DNA from: Paraspadella gotoi
Lineage: Eukaryota > Animalia > Chaetognatha
Assembly: GCA_051294375.1 (NCBI GenBank)
Contig: CM119265.1
Coordinates: 24,797,605 to 24,861,604 of the forward strand
Direction: 5' to 3'
DNA length: 64,000 nt
Shown here: in pieces, positions 1-12,848 of the stretch
Layout: each line of letters opens with the position of its first letter
Position numbering within the stretch: the first letter of the stretch is position 1
Notes under the pieces: model-generated
Databases searched by the model: none
Seen by the model: the letters and a program-made list of their open reading frames with translations, nothing else
What the model was told of the DNA's origin: nothing
Position numbers and translations under genes: made by a program

Positions 1-105
1 AATAAATACACAAAATTATACTAAATTCATATCATTTCTCTCACATCCTCTATCATCTTTCCCTTCGCTCACCCTCACTTACCATTTTACTCCACCTCAC
101 CTCAG

Positions 106-2713
106 AACGGTCCCGATATCTGCGGCTTCTTCGGCCAGCCCTCCGAAGAGCTCTGCACCCGCTGGTCGCAAGTCGGAGCCTTCTACCCTTTTTCCCGCAA
201 CCACAACACGATCGGCGAGCCGGATCAAGACCCGGGCGCCTTCAGCGAAGATCACGCCCGCGTCGTCAAAGCCGCCATGGAGATTCGCTACTCGCTGCTT
301 CCTTACCTTTACACGCAGTTTTACAGGGCGCGCGTCAGCGGCAGCGGCAGCGTCAGCACCAGCGGCGCGGTCGCCAGGGCTTTGTTGTGAGGGCGCTGGC
401 AAGATTGGGGGGGGGGAAGGAGAATAGGTGTTGAACTAGGGTTACATTTATATGGAAAAACGAGTGAATTAGTGGTTTTTATGGCGAAATGTAATGAACA
501 TGATTTGATAATTTTGAGAGAATCAAGTATCTAGTACTGACTAATTAAATAAATAACTAACAGACTGACGGACTGAGAAACTGAAAATAATATGATCGCG
601 CTATAAAAGATGAGGTTAAAAAATGAAAATGAAGATGTCTACGGGAACGAGATAATTTAAAGAGAAAAATTGCGTCAGCGGGGAATCGAACCCCGATCAA
701 CTGCTTGGAAGGCAACTATGCTAACCATTACACCACTGACGCTGGTATAATTAGGGGCTGTCAACGATTTCTATATTTTTTTTTTAAATTTTCCACACAC
801 AAAATTTTGATTTATTTGTGTTGCTTCATCGTCAGTGTTGGCATGGTCAGTGACATGACATGGCATGACATTAGTCAGTGACGATTAGTCACTTGGTCAC
901 TGGTCAGTGGTCAGCGATATTGTATTACTAGTCGTTACTTATTTAGAATTACATTCCAACATCGACTACGAAAGCTCTTAGAAAAATAAATTAAATCATT
1001 ATATACAAAAAATAAATTAGATTCAGTACTATTATCCCCATTTTGAATTCCAGCTACAACTATCCGGACGAGCAGGAAACTTGGGATATTCAGGAACAGT
1101 TCATTTGGGGCGAGGCCTTGCTAATCTCTCCCGCCCTATATGAGAAACAAACAAAAGTCACCGCTTACTTTCCGGGAGATCAACCATGGTAATCGGAATT
1201 ACTATTAATTCAATGGGTAAAATGACTTTACAATAGCATTTTTACTAGATTTGTTTACGTAACCTCCGGACGGGGATGGTAAATTTCGAGTATTATTTCG
1301 TGCTGATGAAGGCTAACATTAATTAAACATGTACGTTTTCTTTTGAAAATAAATAAATCTCGTGGTTTGCAAACAAAACAAAACATTTTTTTTCCCCTGT
1401 ATTAACTAATATCAAGACGTCAAATTTTTCACAGGTACGACTTGGAAACCGGAATCGCCGTGAAACTCGATTCTAACAAACGCGCGGAGTTGGATTCACC
1501 CATCGATAAAATTAACGTTCACATCGCCGGCGGATCGATAGTAGCGATGCAGGGTACAAACGATTTATAATTTTATTAGTTGCGCCGCGAGTACTCGCGG
1601 AGCAACTCTATAAGTCACTTTTCGGTCGGTAGGTCCGTCGGTATATCTGTCCGTCGGTTTGTCCTTCTTACATTAAAAATGTATAGAATTTAACTATAGT
1701 TGGTTGCTCATTTGTTAAGACAAAAAAAAACCACAAATCAAAGAGACTGCGAGCGCCGCCTTCAGGAAATCTTAAAATTATAAGGAATAAAAGACAAATT
1801 TGATGAATGCATGTCATAAATACATGGGCAAAGAAAGTGTTTTAGTAATGTCATGTCATATCATATCATATCATGTGATTAAAAGGAAATACACGTGAAT
1901 ATGAAGTAACTGCGGCGCAACACATTGGATGAACCGATCTTGTTTATATAAAAAATCTACCAACCAATATGTTATTGATGATTAATTGATAATTTTTGGA
2001 CTGCTTTAAGTCTTCAACAAACTGAATATTTTTGACAGTGTCCGCTAAATTAATGCAATAATTCAAAATGTTTTTATGAGTATTTTTTTTTTAAAGTTAA
2101 AATCAAAGTTTTTGGTTATTAAATAAATATATAAATATTTGACTTATCGAAATAAATGGCAAGTATTTTCTAACACGAATCATTTGAGCAGCCGACCGAC
2201 CGACCAAAAAACAAACTCTCCTATCAAGTCACATCAGCGAATATAAAACCCCCGTCATTTCCTCCAGGCGTCGCCACCACAATCAACGCCGCCCGCCGCA
2301 AACCACTCCGCCTTTTATACGCCGCCCCCACCGATTCATCCTCTCTCTTTTCCAACGGCGAACTCTACTGGGACGATGGAGTGTCCGAAGGCGCGGAGAC
2401 CGACGAGTCGGGCTCGATGTCGGCCCTTGTCGGCTTCAGAGCCCTCCGGGGAAGGCTCGACGTCTTGCCCACCAAATGGGGCGCCACGGGCATCTTGGCC
2501 GACGCGCCGAGGATCGAAGAGTTGAGAGTCTACGACGTTGGATCGACGTGGGCCGTCGAGGGCGTTCGAGTAGACGGAGTCGAGTGGACGCGCTTCGATT
2601 ATTTCGACGATGAGAAACGGAAGATGTTGTTGGTGACCGGGATGAACCTTACCTTGGGTGAGGAGCATTACGTGGAGTGGTGTGAGAGAGGGAGGGGATG
2701 CGGGTATTGGTAA
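106..2713 (+). CDS. GH31 alpha-glucosidase (GAA/MGAM/SI-like), 3' exons only: 106-386, 1054-1188, 1435-1553, 2268-2713
   Basis: Manual splicing with GT-AG introns and consistent phases gives NGPDICGFFGQPSEELCTRWSQVGAFYPFSRNHN..DQDP..RYSLLPYLYT, QFIWGEALLISP..AYFP..WYD, INVHIAGG and GELYWDDG, hallmark GH31 motifs. The 5' part is upstream of the window. Confidence 0.92.
671..742 (-). tRNA. tRNA-Gly(TCC), antisense in a GH31 intron
   Basis: Reverse complement GCGTCAGTGGTGTAATGGTTAGCATAGTTGCCTTCCAAGCAGTTGATCGGGGTTCGATTCCCCGCTGACGCA folds as a cloverleaf with TCC anticodon and A/B boxes; TTTTT terminator follows immediately. Confidence 0.96.
1576..1945 (+). mobile_element. Non-autonomous Helentron-associated (HINE/DINE-1-like) element
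   Basis: Sub-terminal inverted repeats GTTGCGCCGC (1579-1588) / GCGGCGCAAC (1912-1921), partial IR GCGGAGCAAC right after the 5' subTIR, GTCG/GTCC-rich microsatellite, and a short 3' stem-loop ending CTTGTTT. Confidence 0.7.
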
Positions 2714-3120
2714 GGCGCGGGGAGTGAAGGTGAGGCGACTTACCCGTAGGCTTTATATATTGTTACTATTCTACAAAGGGATATTAATAAATTATTGATT
2801 ACTACAGGGAATTTAGAATAAAAGCGAAATCGATTAAAGTGATTATATTCATTTCTAACGTGGCATTAATTATTAAGTATTTTGAGAGCTGATGATATTA
2901 ATACTGTCTATGGAGCTTTTAATTGAAAATAATTTTTTTTTTAAATTTTTTTTTCTATTTACTGATAAATTGAAGGCAGAATTGAGTGATTTATTTAGCA
3001 GCTGAGCTGTGTTTTGCTTTATATCAAATTATTTTCGAGTAGTTAGCTTCAGGACGCAAAGTTCAATTTAAAATTTTAAATACAAGAGTAGGTAATCGCT
3101 AATGACCATTTCAACGAGTG

Positions 3121-4140
3121 CTACAACAATATGTTAAAATAGAAAAGTCTTGACTGAGTTAAGGCTCGTTTTTTTCTTCCAGTTTTTCCGTTTCCATTTC
3201 TTCTTCTCGTCCTCTTCGTCCTTTTTCCTGGTCTCTTCCTTCTTTTTAATTTTAACAACGTCACCACGATGATGGCGACGAAGATGACGACCACTCCCAC
3301 CGTCTCCAACGTCGTGGGTATCTCTCCAAAAAAAGTCATCGCCATGAGCGTCGTAGTCGCGATGGAACCCGCGCGTAGAACATTTCCAATTAATCCGGCG
3401 AGACCTTCGTCAAAAGCTTCCAACTTAGCACAACCAACCTGTTGCGCGAGTCTGTAGATGGTTGAGATGGCTCCTACCCTGTCGATGGCGCAGACGAAAA
3501 TGCTGGAAAACCATTCGAAGCACACGACGGCGACAACTTGAGATGCAACGCAAGACAAGAAAGTTGTCTGTTCATCAGCGATCGCGCCATACAAAAGACG
3601 TGACCATTGCACCCATTGCGACATAAAACGTAAACGGGTAAGACCAAAAGGGCGCTGAGAATGGCACACCAAAGAGAAAGGGCGGGGATGTGTTCACCAG
3701 CAGCAGGCCTATTGTCACAACTTTGACGCAACCATCATCGTCGGCGTCATTAAAACTGGTGAAAAGAGAACGCCAGAGCAGGATATAGCGGAGTAGGCGC
3801 TCGGAGGCATGACTTCTGCAGCGGTGCGCCAAAGGGTGATCATAAAAGCAAAGGCAAGAAACAAGGCCCAACGTTTCGGTTCGATCACAGTCCAGTGGCG
3901 CCATGCAAATGGGATGAGGGGTAGAGTTGTCACGGTCTCTCCAATGAAAATAAAAACATAAGCGATGGGAGTCGACAGCGGTGACGAAGCTCGAAAGATG
4001 TTGCTGCAGACGCTGCGGAGCAGCAAGAAACAGCAGAAGAATAAAACGCCCAATGCGACATTGACAGAATATGAGTAGAAATGTGCACTCTTGCGAATTA
4101 TACCAGTGGCAACAGTGAATGAAATAAAACAATGTCGTTC
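3121..4140 (-). pseudogene. EamA/DMT (SLC35-like) multi-pass membrane protein with two frameshifts (pseudogene or assembly indels)
   Basis: Three overlapping minus-strand ORFs (3715-4053, 3575-4132, 3121-3672) join into a hydrophobic multi-TM protein ending FFGEIPTTLETVGVVVIFVAIIVVTL plus a basic tail, typical of an EamA repeat end. Confidence 0.5.
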
Positions 4141-6375
4141 TTCAGTGGAAAATAAAAGAATGTTTATTTTTCCTAAAGTATAAATTTTTTGACATTAATT
4201 CAAATTTGAAAAGATTTCATATCATTTTTTAGCATCCAATTAGCCCTAAAGAGTCCAGTTTTAAGGCAGTGATAATGCGTCCTATTATTTGGAGACAATC
4301 TTCTTGGATAAACATTTTATGGATATTGTTATCTTACCATGATATAAATTCCAGAAAGTATCAGATTTACCTTTAAGTGTTCGATGAGAGAAAAAAAGAA
4401 AATATTTTATTTCAACAACGGTGGTTTCCACTTTGGTTTGCGAGTTGGGAAAAGAGACAAAATTTTATTTCACAAATAATATGAGAGGGAGAGAGAGAGA
4501 GAGATAAAGGTTTCCAAAAAAGAATTGAGAATTGAGAAAGGACAGTGGGCAGATCCGACATTGTTTGCTCAAACTTGTTTAAAACATTGTTGTACATTAA
4601 CTAATTTATTATATAATTGATAAATTATTGATTAATCAAATGTTAACCTCTCTCTCTCTCTCTCTCGCTCTCTCTCTCGCTCTCTCTCTCTCTCTCTAAC
4701 ACCCTCTCCATCTAATTTCAAACGCAACAAAAAGAAAGAATTGATACAATATAACCAGGTTGCTAATTAATGTTTGGACAGGCAAAGCTAAATAATAGGA
4801 AAATAACCAAATAAAATTTCATAATAATTTTATAATAATAATAATTTAATAATAATAATAATAATTTAATAATAATAATTTATCTTAATATACGGTAGCG
4901 TTGTTAAATCACACATGAAAATTCAAGCAGAATTAATTACGTAGTTCTAATTTATGAATCAAAGAAAGACATCCAGTTTGTGACGAAATTTTTTGATGAA
5001 TTTTTAAAGAATTCGTCCGGCGATTTTATTTTCTTTCTTACTAAGTTGTACCAATTTCATAGTAATAATAATCAGGATCTCCAATTTAACCTAAAATACT
5101 CGGTACCTTTTTTTTCATAGCAAAATGACGGTTCTTCAGTTTTCGTTGTTTCCATTTCAGATGGGTTTTTTTTTTCGTTGAAAGTCGGGCTCTTTGTTGA
5201 TTATAAGCCTTTAAGGTCATATGTCTGATATATGGTTGACGGATGAAAACAACCAAATATATCAAACATATCTCCGGAGGGCTTTCCACCGACATTTGTT
5301 CGTTTGTTTAATGTTCCATTATGAGAATCCAGTGAATATTTCTTCTTTTTTTGTAATTGCTAATGAAGCAAGGGCGTTATTGAGCACAAAAAGTTCCAAA
5401 GCAATAATCATAATAATAAAAATAACAATTACATTCAGTTATCTTTATTGACCCAACAATCATTCACATTTCACGGGCAAAAAGAAATAGCAATTGATAT
5501 GCTTGATATATTTGGCTGTGAACGCCGAAACTTTTTTTCTCCTTAACTGTCTAATATGTATACGATATCTAAATAAAGAGCTAATTTTGAAATCAGCAAA
5601 ACTGTACTTTTTTGGCGACTAAAATTGATGTAGCCTTATTGACACTTTTTTTTCAACTAGTCTAAACTATAATTTACAATTGTTCTAGCCAGGTCATTAT
5701 TCTAGCAAAAAGATTTACCAATAATTATTATTTAAAAGGATTTACATTTCCACGTCGTTACCTACTTTTCTTCCCGCCGATATTGAATTCTCACTCGTCA
5801 CTCGCCCAACGGCACGGAATTCATAATGCTTCCTGGCGCCAGTGGTGGGGCTCGTTACATCCCCTTTCGCGTTTACTTTATACAATATACATTATACCAT
5901 ATACAATATACAATATACAATATTGAAAAAGGAGATTGTTCGCTTATATAAGTCAAAAAGTTCCAGACAAAAACTATCACTTATAACATATAATGCGTTC
6001 AATCTTTCGACTCCTCCTTTTTTTGTTAGTAGTTTTAATCTGACGCAAAAATAAGCTCCCAGAATAATTTAATATAGCTATAATTTATTCAGTTATGCTC
6101 CTAGAGAATTCCCCGGAATATTTTGCGGCGAATTTTCGTCGTCTTCATCGTCTTCGTTCGTCGCGTTTCTCATCCTCTTCCTCCGCCTCGGCGTTTCACC
6201 GGGAAGAGTGATCACGTGAACAATGGATCACGTGACTCCCGCCATCACTCACGGCAAAATGGGACTGTGACGAGGCGAAACTTTGCGAAATTTTTACCTC
6301 TGATGCGTAAAATAAGAGAAAATACGCACTAAAAGAAATTAATTTCATAATCGAAGGAAAGAGAAAAAAATAAAT

Positions 6376-6389
6376 TGAGAGAGAGAGAA

Positions 6390-6449
<60 letters not shown>

Positions 6450-6463
6450 AGAGAGAGAGAGAG

Positions 6464-6552
<89 letters not shown>
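6376..6552. repeat. (GA)n microsatellite (one of many: also ~4648, 12793, 16965, 17360, 18547, 19586, 21305, 26881, 27872, 28930, 53490)
   Basis: Direct inspection; these explain the ERER/SLSL pseudo-ORFs in the track. Confidence 0.98.
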
Positions 6553-6555
<3 letters not shown>

Positions 6556-7801
6556 AGAATTATTCTACTTACCCCTTGAGTTTTTTGTTTGTTTTTTTTG
6601 TTAAACATTTATGAACGAATAGTGTAATAGTACAAATCATAACAATTTTTTACGACATTGTCGTCTAAAACTTATAAACTACTCCCCAAGAAATGCAACC
6701 TCTTACAAAAAAATTAGCATAATTTGTTTTCAATTTAATATGCCAAGCAGCATTCAGCGATGCATGACGGCCTTCCTCCTATTTTTTTACATTACTTTTT
6801 TATTATTAATAACTTTTAAAATTTGTTTTCAAACGACAAACGTTTTCAAATGTTTGAAAAAAAAAATTAAACAAAACATTAATTTAAAACAAAACCTAAA
6901 AAAAAACAAAAAAAAAGAAAACGCGATCGTCGTCATTGTCGGTGAAAGCGGGAAAAAAAAAAGTGGCGAGATGCGTCGTTTCGATCTTGGAGAAGCGAAC
7001 CAAATGCCATTGCGCATTTATGGTGCCATGGCGAGGCGGAGGAGGAGGAAGAGGAGGAGAAAGCCGCGAAAGGGAGACGGACTTTCTTCGTGAGATGGGA
7101 CCTTTCGAGAGGAGGAGGAGGAAGAGGAAGATGATTGGGCGGCCGAGATTAACCCAAAGGTTATATTTTCCTCCCAAGAAATCTCAGCCGAGGCACGAGC
7201 GCGCGCGCCGGAGATGGTGGACTCGGCGGCCGATTCGAGCGTGCGAAGGAAACGACGGTTAACGCGTGCGAAATGCGCGCGAAGAGTGAGCGATTGTGAA
7301 ATATATATCTAAACGTAATCTTTTAATTTTGGTTGAATAAACGATGACGTCTCTGACGATAGTTGTGCAACTGTGCATATGAATATATTAAAGAGAGCAA
7401 GTCGACATTCTGGTAACAGTGGGTGGTAGTCGACCCCTGACCACTGTGCACTGACCATCCAATATTACCGGTCTGTCGTCTTGCTCTCTTTCTTGTTTTC
7501 CTTAAATTACAAACGTTACGTATATTTACCAAGAAACAACCATTGTAGATCAATTCGTTAGATATTTTCTTCACTCTTTTTTTTGTTTTTTTTTTTGTTT
7601 TTGTTTTTTGTTTTTTTATTTATTTAATTTTTTTATTTTAATTTTTTAAGACTAAATGAACAAAAATTCGTTTGGGTTCTTTTAGTGGCCATGATAAACT
7701 CCTCTTTGGCGTCAAAAGATGTAAGAAAGAAAAATGTATTGTATTGTTGTTTTGTTGTATTTTTTTTATTTTGACAAAGATCAATGTATCAATGTATAAT
7801 G

Positions 7802-10096
7802 TATGAAATTGGTACAACCAATATAAAAATTATCCTTTTATTTAATAAATGAACTATCTTGCCCCTGACTTTGGGCAGGATTTGGAAGTTTAAGGCCTCC
7901 ATCACTCTTACAAGATAATGAAATAGCATCAATCAAGACTTTCTCACAGTCTCGTATATTCATTCCCAGAGTACCTGGCTTTGGAAAACTTTTGATTATT
8001 CCTTACAAATAAAGTATATCTTTGTTGTTTCTATAATACGTCTTTGTTTTTTAAGAAAATTAAACTTGAGCAACTTGATTATAAGTTATTAAAAATAAGA
8101 GAAGTGAGACCGCACTTGATTAGCCCTCCAAGTGTTGTTGTTGTTGTTTTTAGAAAGAAAAAAATAATCAGAATTTTTCAAAAAACGAACAATCACGCAA
8201 GAGATCGTACAAAGAGAGACAGGCACAGAAAGAGAGAGAGCGAGACAAAGAGAGAGAGTCACAGAGAGAGAGAGACAGAAAGAGAGAGAGACAGAGAAAG
8301 CTAGTAAAATTGGTGAAGAGACAGTGATAATTGTTAAGTGTTAGTGACAGACCGTTCAATATAAGCAGTCCCTGAGCTTCGGATCAGGCTGTAACACCGT
8401 GTTACAGGCTGTTAAGCGCCCCGTCCCTCTTAACTGCCAGGCGACCACCGGCAAGAACCCCGTTCCTTTGGGTTGGGAGGCGAATGACTTGCCTCCGGCA
8501 CCAATGGCCGCTGATGAACGGTTGGTGGATTTTAGTCCACCATACATCCCCCCTCCCGTAGGGAGAAGTCTGTTGCGTCTCTTCAGTGAATTGTTGTTGT
8601 TGGTGGAAAGTGCGTCACCAAGTTGAGGCATGTCGCCTGATGTGTTGTTGGCGGAAAGTGCATCGCCAGGTTGAGGCATGTCGCCTGAAAGTGTTGTTGT
8701 TGCTGTTGTGTTCGGAAGTTGGGCTCACAAATGAAGAGACAGTGATAATTGTTAAGTGTTAGTGACAGAATAGTTAAATATAAGCAGTCCCTGAGCTTCG
8801 GATCTGGCTGTAACACCGTGTTACAGGCGGGTTAAGCGCCCCGTCCCTCTTAACTGCCAGGCGACCACCGGGCTAGAACCCCGTTCCTTTGGGTTGGGAG
8901 GCGAATGACTTGCCTCCGGCACCAATGGCCGCTGATGAACGGTTGGTGGATTTTAGTCCACCATACATCCCCCCTCCCGTAGGGAGAAGTCTGTTGCGTC
9001 TCTTCAGTGAATTGTTGTTGTTGGTGGAAAGTGCGTCACCAAGTTGAGGCATGTCGCCTGATGTGTTGTTGGCGGAAAGTGCATCGCCAGGTTGAGGCAT
9101 GTCGCCTGAAAGTTTGTTGTTGCTGTTGTGTTCGGAAGTCGGGCTCACCAATGAAGAGACAGTGATAATTGTTAAGTGTTAGTGACAGAATAGTTCAATA
9201 TAAGCAGTCCCTGAGCTTCGGATCTGCTGTAACACCGTGTTACAGGCGGGTTAAGCGCCCCGTCCCTCTTAACTGCCAGGCGGCCACCGGGCTTAGAACC
9301 CCGGACCTTTGGGTTTGGAGGCGAATGACTTGCCTCCGGCACCAATGGCCACTGATGAACAGTTGGTAGATTTTAGTCCACCATATTGGTAAAATTTATT
9401 GACAAAATTTATGAGTCAAAAATTTAGAGTGAGTACATGCTCAAACGAATATTGACAAAAAATTTCTAATATGGCATAAAAAGTTGTCTACACAAAGTAT
9501 AATTCTTTTTTAAATATTTTTACGATAAGTGTATCAAAAATAAGAAAAACCGTAAAAAGTTATCATCATCATCATCTTTCGATGATTTTATCAGTTTTTT
9601 ATATTTTCACTTAAAAAATGTAAGAATTTTTAAAAGCTGTAATTTTAATTATATTTCTTGTTTAACTTTTTATGCTCTATCAGAATCCATCAAAAAATTT
9701 TAAGATTTTAAAAAAATATTTTTTGCTCTATATAGTAATATAGTAATAATATAGTATATAAATATAATAAATATAAATATATAGTAATAATTTGATGCTA
9801 GTGCGGAGTACAATAAGTATTCCCCGATCTAATACTTAAGGGAGTGGTCTTTTCATACAATTGAAACATTCTTTGAAATATTTTCCACTTCATTGATAGG
9901 GAAGCCAGGTACTCTGGGAGTGAATAAACAAGACTGTGAGAGAGTCTTGATTGAAAGCTTGCAGGGACCTGCTATGTCATTATCTTGTAAGAGTGATGGA
10001 GGCCTTAAACCACCAAAGCCTGTCCAAAGTCAGGGGCAAGATAGCTTATTTATTAAATGAATGGATAATTTTTATATTGGTTGTACCAATTTCATA
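7802..10096. mobile_element. MITE-like element with ~180-bp imperfect terminal inverted repeats (7802-7981 / 9902-10096), interrupted by the TRIM
   Basis: TATGAAATTGGTACAACCAATATAAAAATTATCC...CCCAGAGTACCTGGCTT is mirrored in reverse complement at 9902-10096. Both ends abut TA, and the same terminus GTTGTACCAATTTCA|TA recurs at ~5045-5061. Confidence 0.65.
8314..9385 (-). mobile_element. TRIM (miniature LTR retrotransposon) with tRNA-like LTRs, 3-LTR tandem: LTR 9152-9385, internal, LTR 8732-8967, internal, LTR 8314-8546
   Basis: LTRs run TG...CA on the minus strand; PBS TGGTGAGCCCGAC (9150-9138); PPT GGGAGGGGGGA before each downstream LTR; TTGG on both flanks (8310-8313, 9386-9389); no coding capacity. 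Confidence 0.9.
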
Positions 10097-10541
10097 ATAT
10101 TTTTAATTAGGCTAGTACCCTCAGAAGAAAGCATTTTTGACAAAAAAATGTTAATACCATAATCTATGGTCATGATAGATTATTTTAACGCTGTATACAT
10201 TAGCATTTAAATTTCATCAGCTATGGCTACTATTGTTAAGTTTCAAAAGAAATATAGAAAATATTAACCAAAATCTTCGGAAAATCCACCCCTTCTTTGG
10301 AAGATTTTCGCCATAGAAGATTTTTCCCGAATCTGACTCCCGGTTGAATTATGATCATTAGTTCCTCTTTTACTTTTACTTTAAATAAAAATTTTACCAA
10401 AATTGACTAATTCACTTTACCATGATTGTATCATATTAAAATAACTAAATAAAATGTAAAGAAAAATTTTGAGAGCCCTTCAGACACGGAAACCGGAACA
10501 TATCTCAAATACGTTAATATTGTCTTGAAGGGAAAAAGTTT

Positions 10542-10655
10542 CGGGTTCTAGCACGGTGGCCGCCTTGCAGTTAAGAGGGACCGGACGCTTATCCCCTCGA
10601 TCACGTGATGTTACAGCCTGATCAGAAGGGACTGCATGTATCGAACGGTTCTATT
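10542..10655 (+). mobile_element. Diverged LTR fragment of the same TRIM family
   Basis: CGGGTTCTAGCACGGTGGCCGCCTTGCAGTTAAGAGGGAC...TGTTACAGCCTGATC...GGGACTGC...GAACGGTTCT aligns by eye to the LTR body. Confidence 0.75.
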
Positions 10656-11741
10656 ACCTAGTGACCTACTCATAACAATTATTCTAATTGAATTTCCCCC
10701 TAAAAACGTTTTCAATTCTCTCGCTTTCTCTCTTAAAACTAAGAATTTATTTTTTAGAAATGTAGCCGACATTGTAAGACCAACCTTTTGGGAGCCAACA
10801 ATCAATTGTTATAGATTTATACTCGAGGACAAGAACGACAAAAAAAACTTATCTAATCCATTTGGAAAACAAATTATCCGTTGCAAGTCGTTACAAAGTT
10901 GCATTTGAATGAGATCCTCGAATTTTAGATTTTCAGTAAACAAAACTCGAATGCGGAGGAATAAGAATCCGAATATATAAAGATTTTGAATTGACTCGGG
11001 AATGAATTATACAATAGATTGTGTTGCATTGTAAATTTTTTTCCAAGAGGTGGCCACCCAGAAAGGGGGAAAAAGGAAGTTGTGAATATAAAGATAGAGT
11101 GTTGGTAAATTGAGTGTTAATAAAACTGTTAAAAAAATATTATTATTATCTGAATAAATTTACTCTTCTCGGGAAAAAAAAACTTATACTCGGAAGTGGA
11201 AATTTCCTTATTGAAATTGGTTATTAAAATCTGAAGTAGAAATGTAAACACAAAAATTTTTTTGAAGTGAAAGGATTTGTCTCTCTTGAAACATAAGTAC
11301 GGTATTAGCATTAATCACTTGAAAATGATAATGGGAACATTCGAATTTAACCAACCAAAAAAGTTGAGAATTTACCACTACCGTTTCTGCAAAACATATT
11401 TTGATATCTAATTATGAATTCAATTTTAAACTGAAATCCTATAAATAATATTTTCCTATGCGTGTATTTTCTATATTTATGAATTATCCCGTAATCTTAT
11501 ATCTGAAATTTAATATATTTGTAAAAAGATTTTAAACATTTAGCTCTTAATGCAGTTAAAACTCCGAAATTATATTGATTCCGAAACACCCTACTAAATT
11601 CCAAGAGATTATTGGGCGTCTTGAATCCTATTTATAACGTTACTTTCCTCCAGAATAGTTAATCATTCAAAGTCGACACAAAAGGACAAAATTTTTTGTT
11701 GCGGTCGAAAAATTCACTTTCATTGGTTATATCTTGTCAAA

Positions 11742-12790
11742 ATGAAGTTCGTCTACTTTCTCTTGATATTTGGTTTCATATTAATTTTAACTGAAGGTAA
11801 GCAAATTATATTTTCTACTGTAATCCTGAAATGCCTAAAGTTTGATCAATCATTCCATATACTTTTTATCCTATATTTCAACTAGCCAAACCGTCGGGGG
11901 AAGTTAAAGAAAAGTCCATAGAGGAAATCATGGATTTGTTGGGCTCATTGATCGAGCGGAGGAAAGAAAAAGAAGGCGAGTTTTTTTGTTTATTTTTTTA
12001 TTTATTTTTTTGCTTAATAATTTTTTTGCTTTAATTTTTCGCTTGGTTATTTTTTTATCCTTTTATTACTTACTTTATTGTCTTGTTTTTTATTTGACAA
12101 TTCGGCGAGCAATAAAATAAAATAACGTTCAAAGTTTCTCATTTGTCAATTTTCTAAAGAACATCAGCGTATTTCACATCGCCATCTTGGTTTTTCAGAC
12201 GATCTTTTGACGGGAGACGAAATCTTGCATTTGAAGCCTTTCAAGGATAAAACCAACGACGGTAAAGATTTTTATTTCACGTTTGTTTTCTCATTGTTAG
12301 CAAATGGAAACTTGCATTGGATGACCTAAATAATGAGAAGTGCTGTTGGGATAAAGCAAATAATCTCTGATTTTGGTTGGGCACTCGGGGTCTCTCTCTC
12401 TCTCTTTCTTTCTCTCTCTCTCTCTCTCCTCTCAGATCTCCTTCCTCTCCGATCTTCGGTCTCTCTCTCTCTATCTCGGTCTCGACTTTTTGCTGTCTCC
12501 CTTACTCACTTAATTTGGCCCTTTAGATGATCCGTCTCATGGATTAAAATTTTGGTCATAAAAAAGATAAAACTTGTTACTCTGTTTAAAAATTGCCACA
12601 GACTGAGGTTATTAATTAAAAAATCCTTTAATGGTAAGTAAAATAAATAAAAAGAAACTATAGTATAGTACAAAACGTGGCTGACTCACACCTTTATCCC
12701 ACAGGAAAAGAAATTGACGAACTGATGCCATCTGGAGGCGGAGACGAAATAGGCCAACTTGGCACGGGACCGGAAAACGTTGTCTTGGAG

Positions 12791-12848
<58 letters not shown>

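Noticed and set aside
8510-8545. CTGATGA in the repeat suggesting a hammerhead ribozyme or retrozyme
   Set aside because: No stem II plus GAAA follows, and it lies on the antisense strand of the element. CTGATGA at ~1303, ~43436 and ~55395 also lack the fold.
8314-9385. Plain satellite, SINE or CRISPR-like reading, and the short ORFs in the repeat
   Set aside because: Arrays begin and end with the same 234-bp block with PBS and PPT at its borders; there are no unique spacers; ORFs are not preserved between copies.
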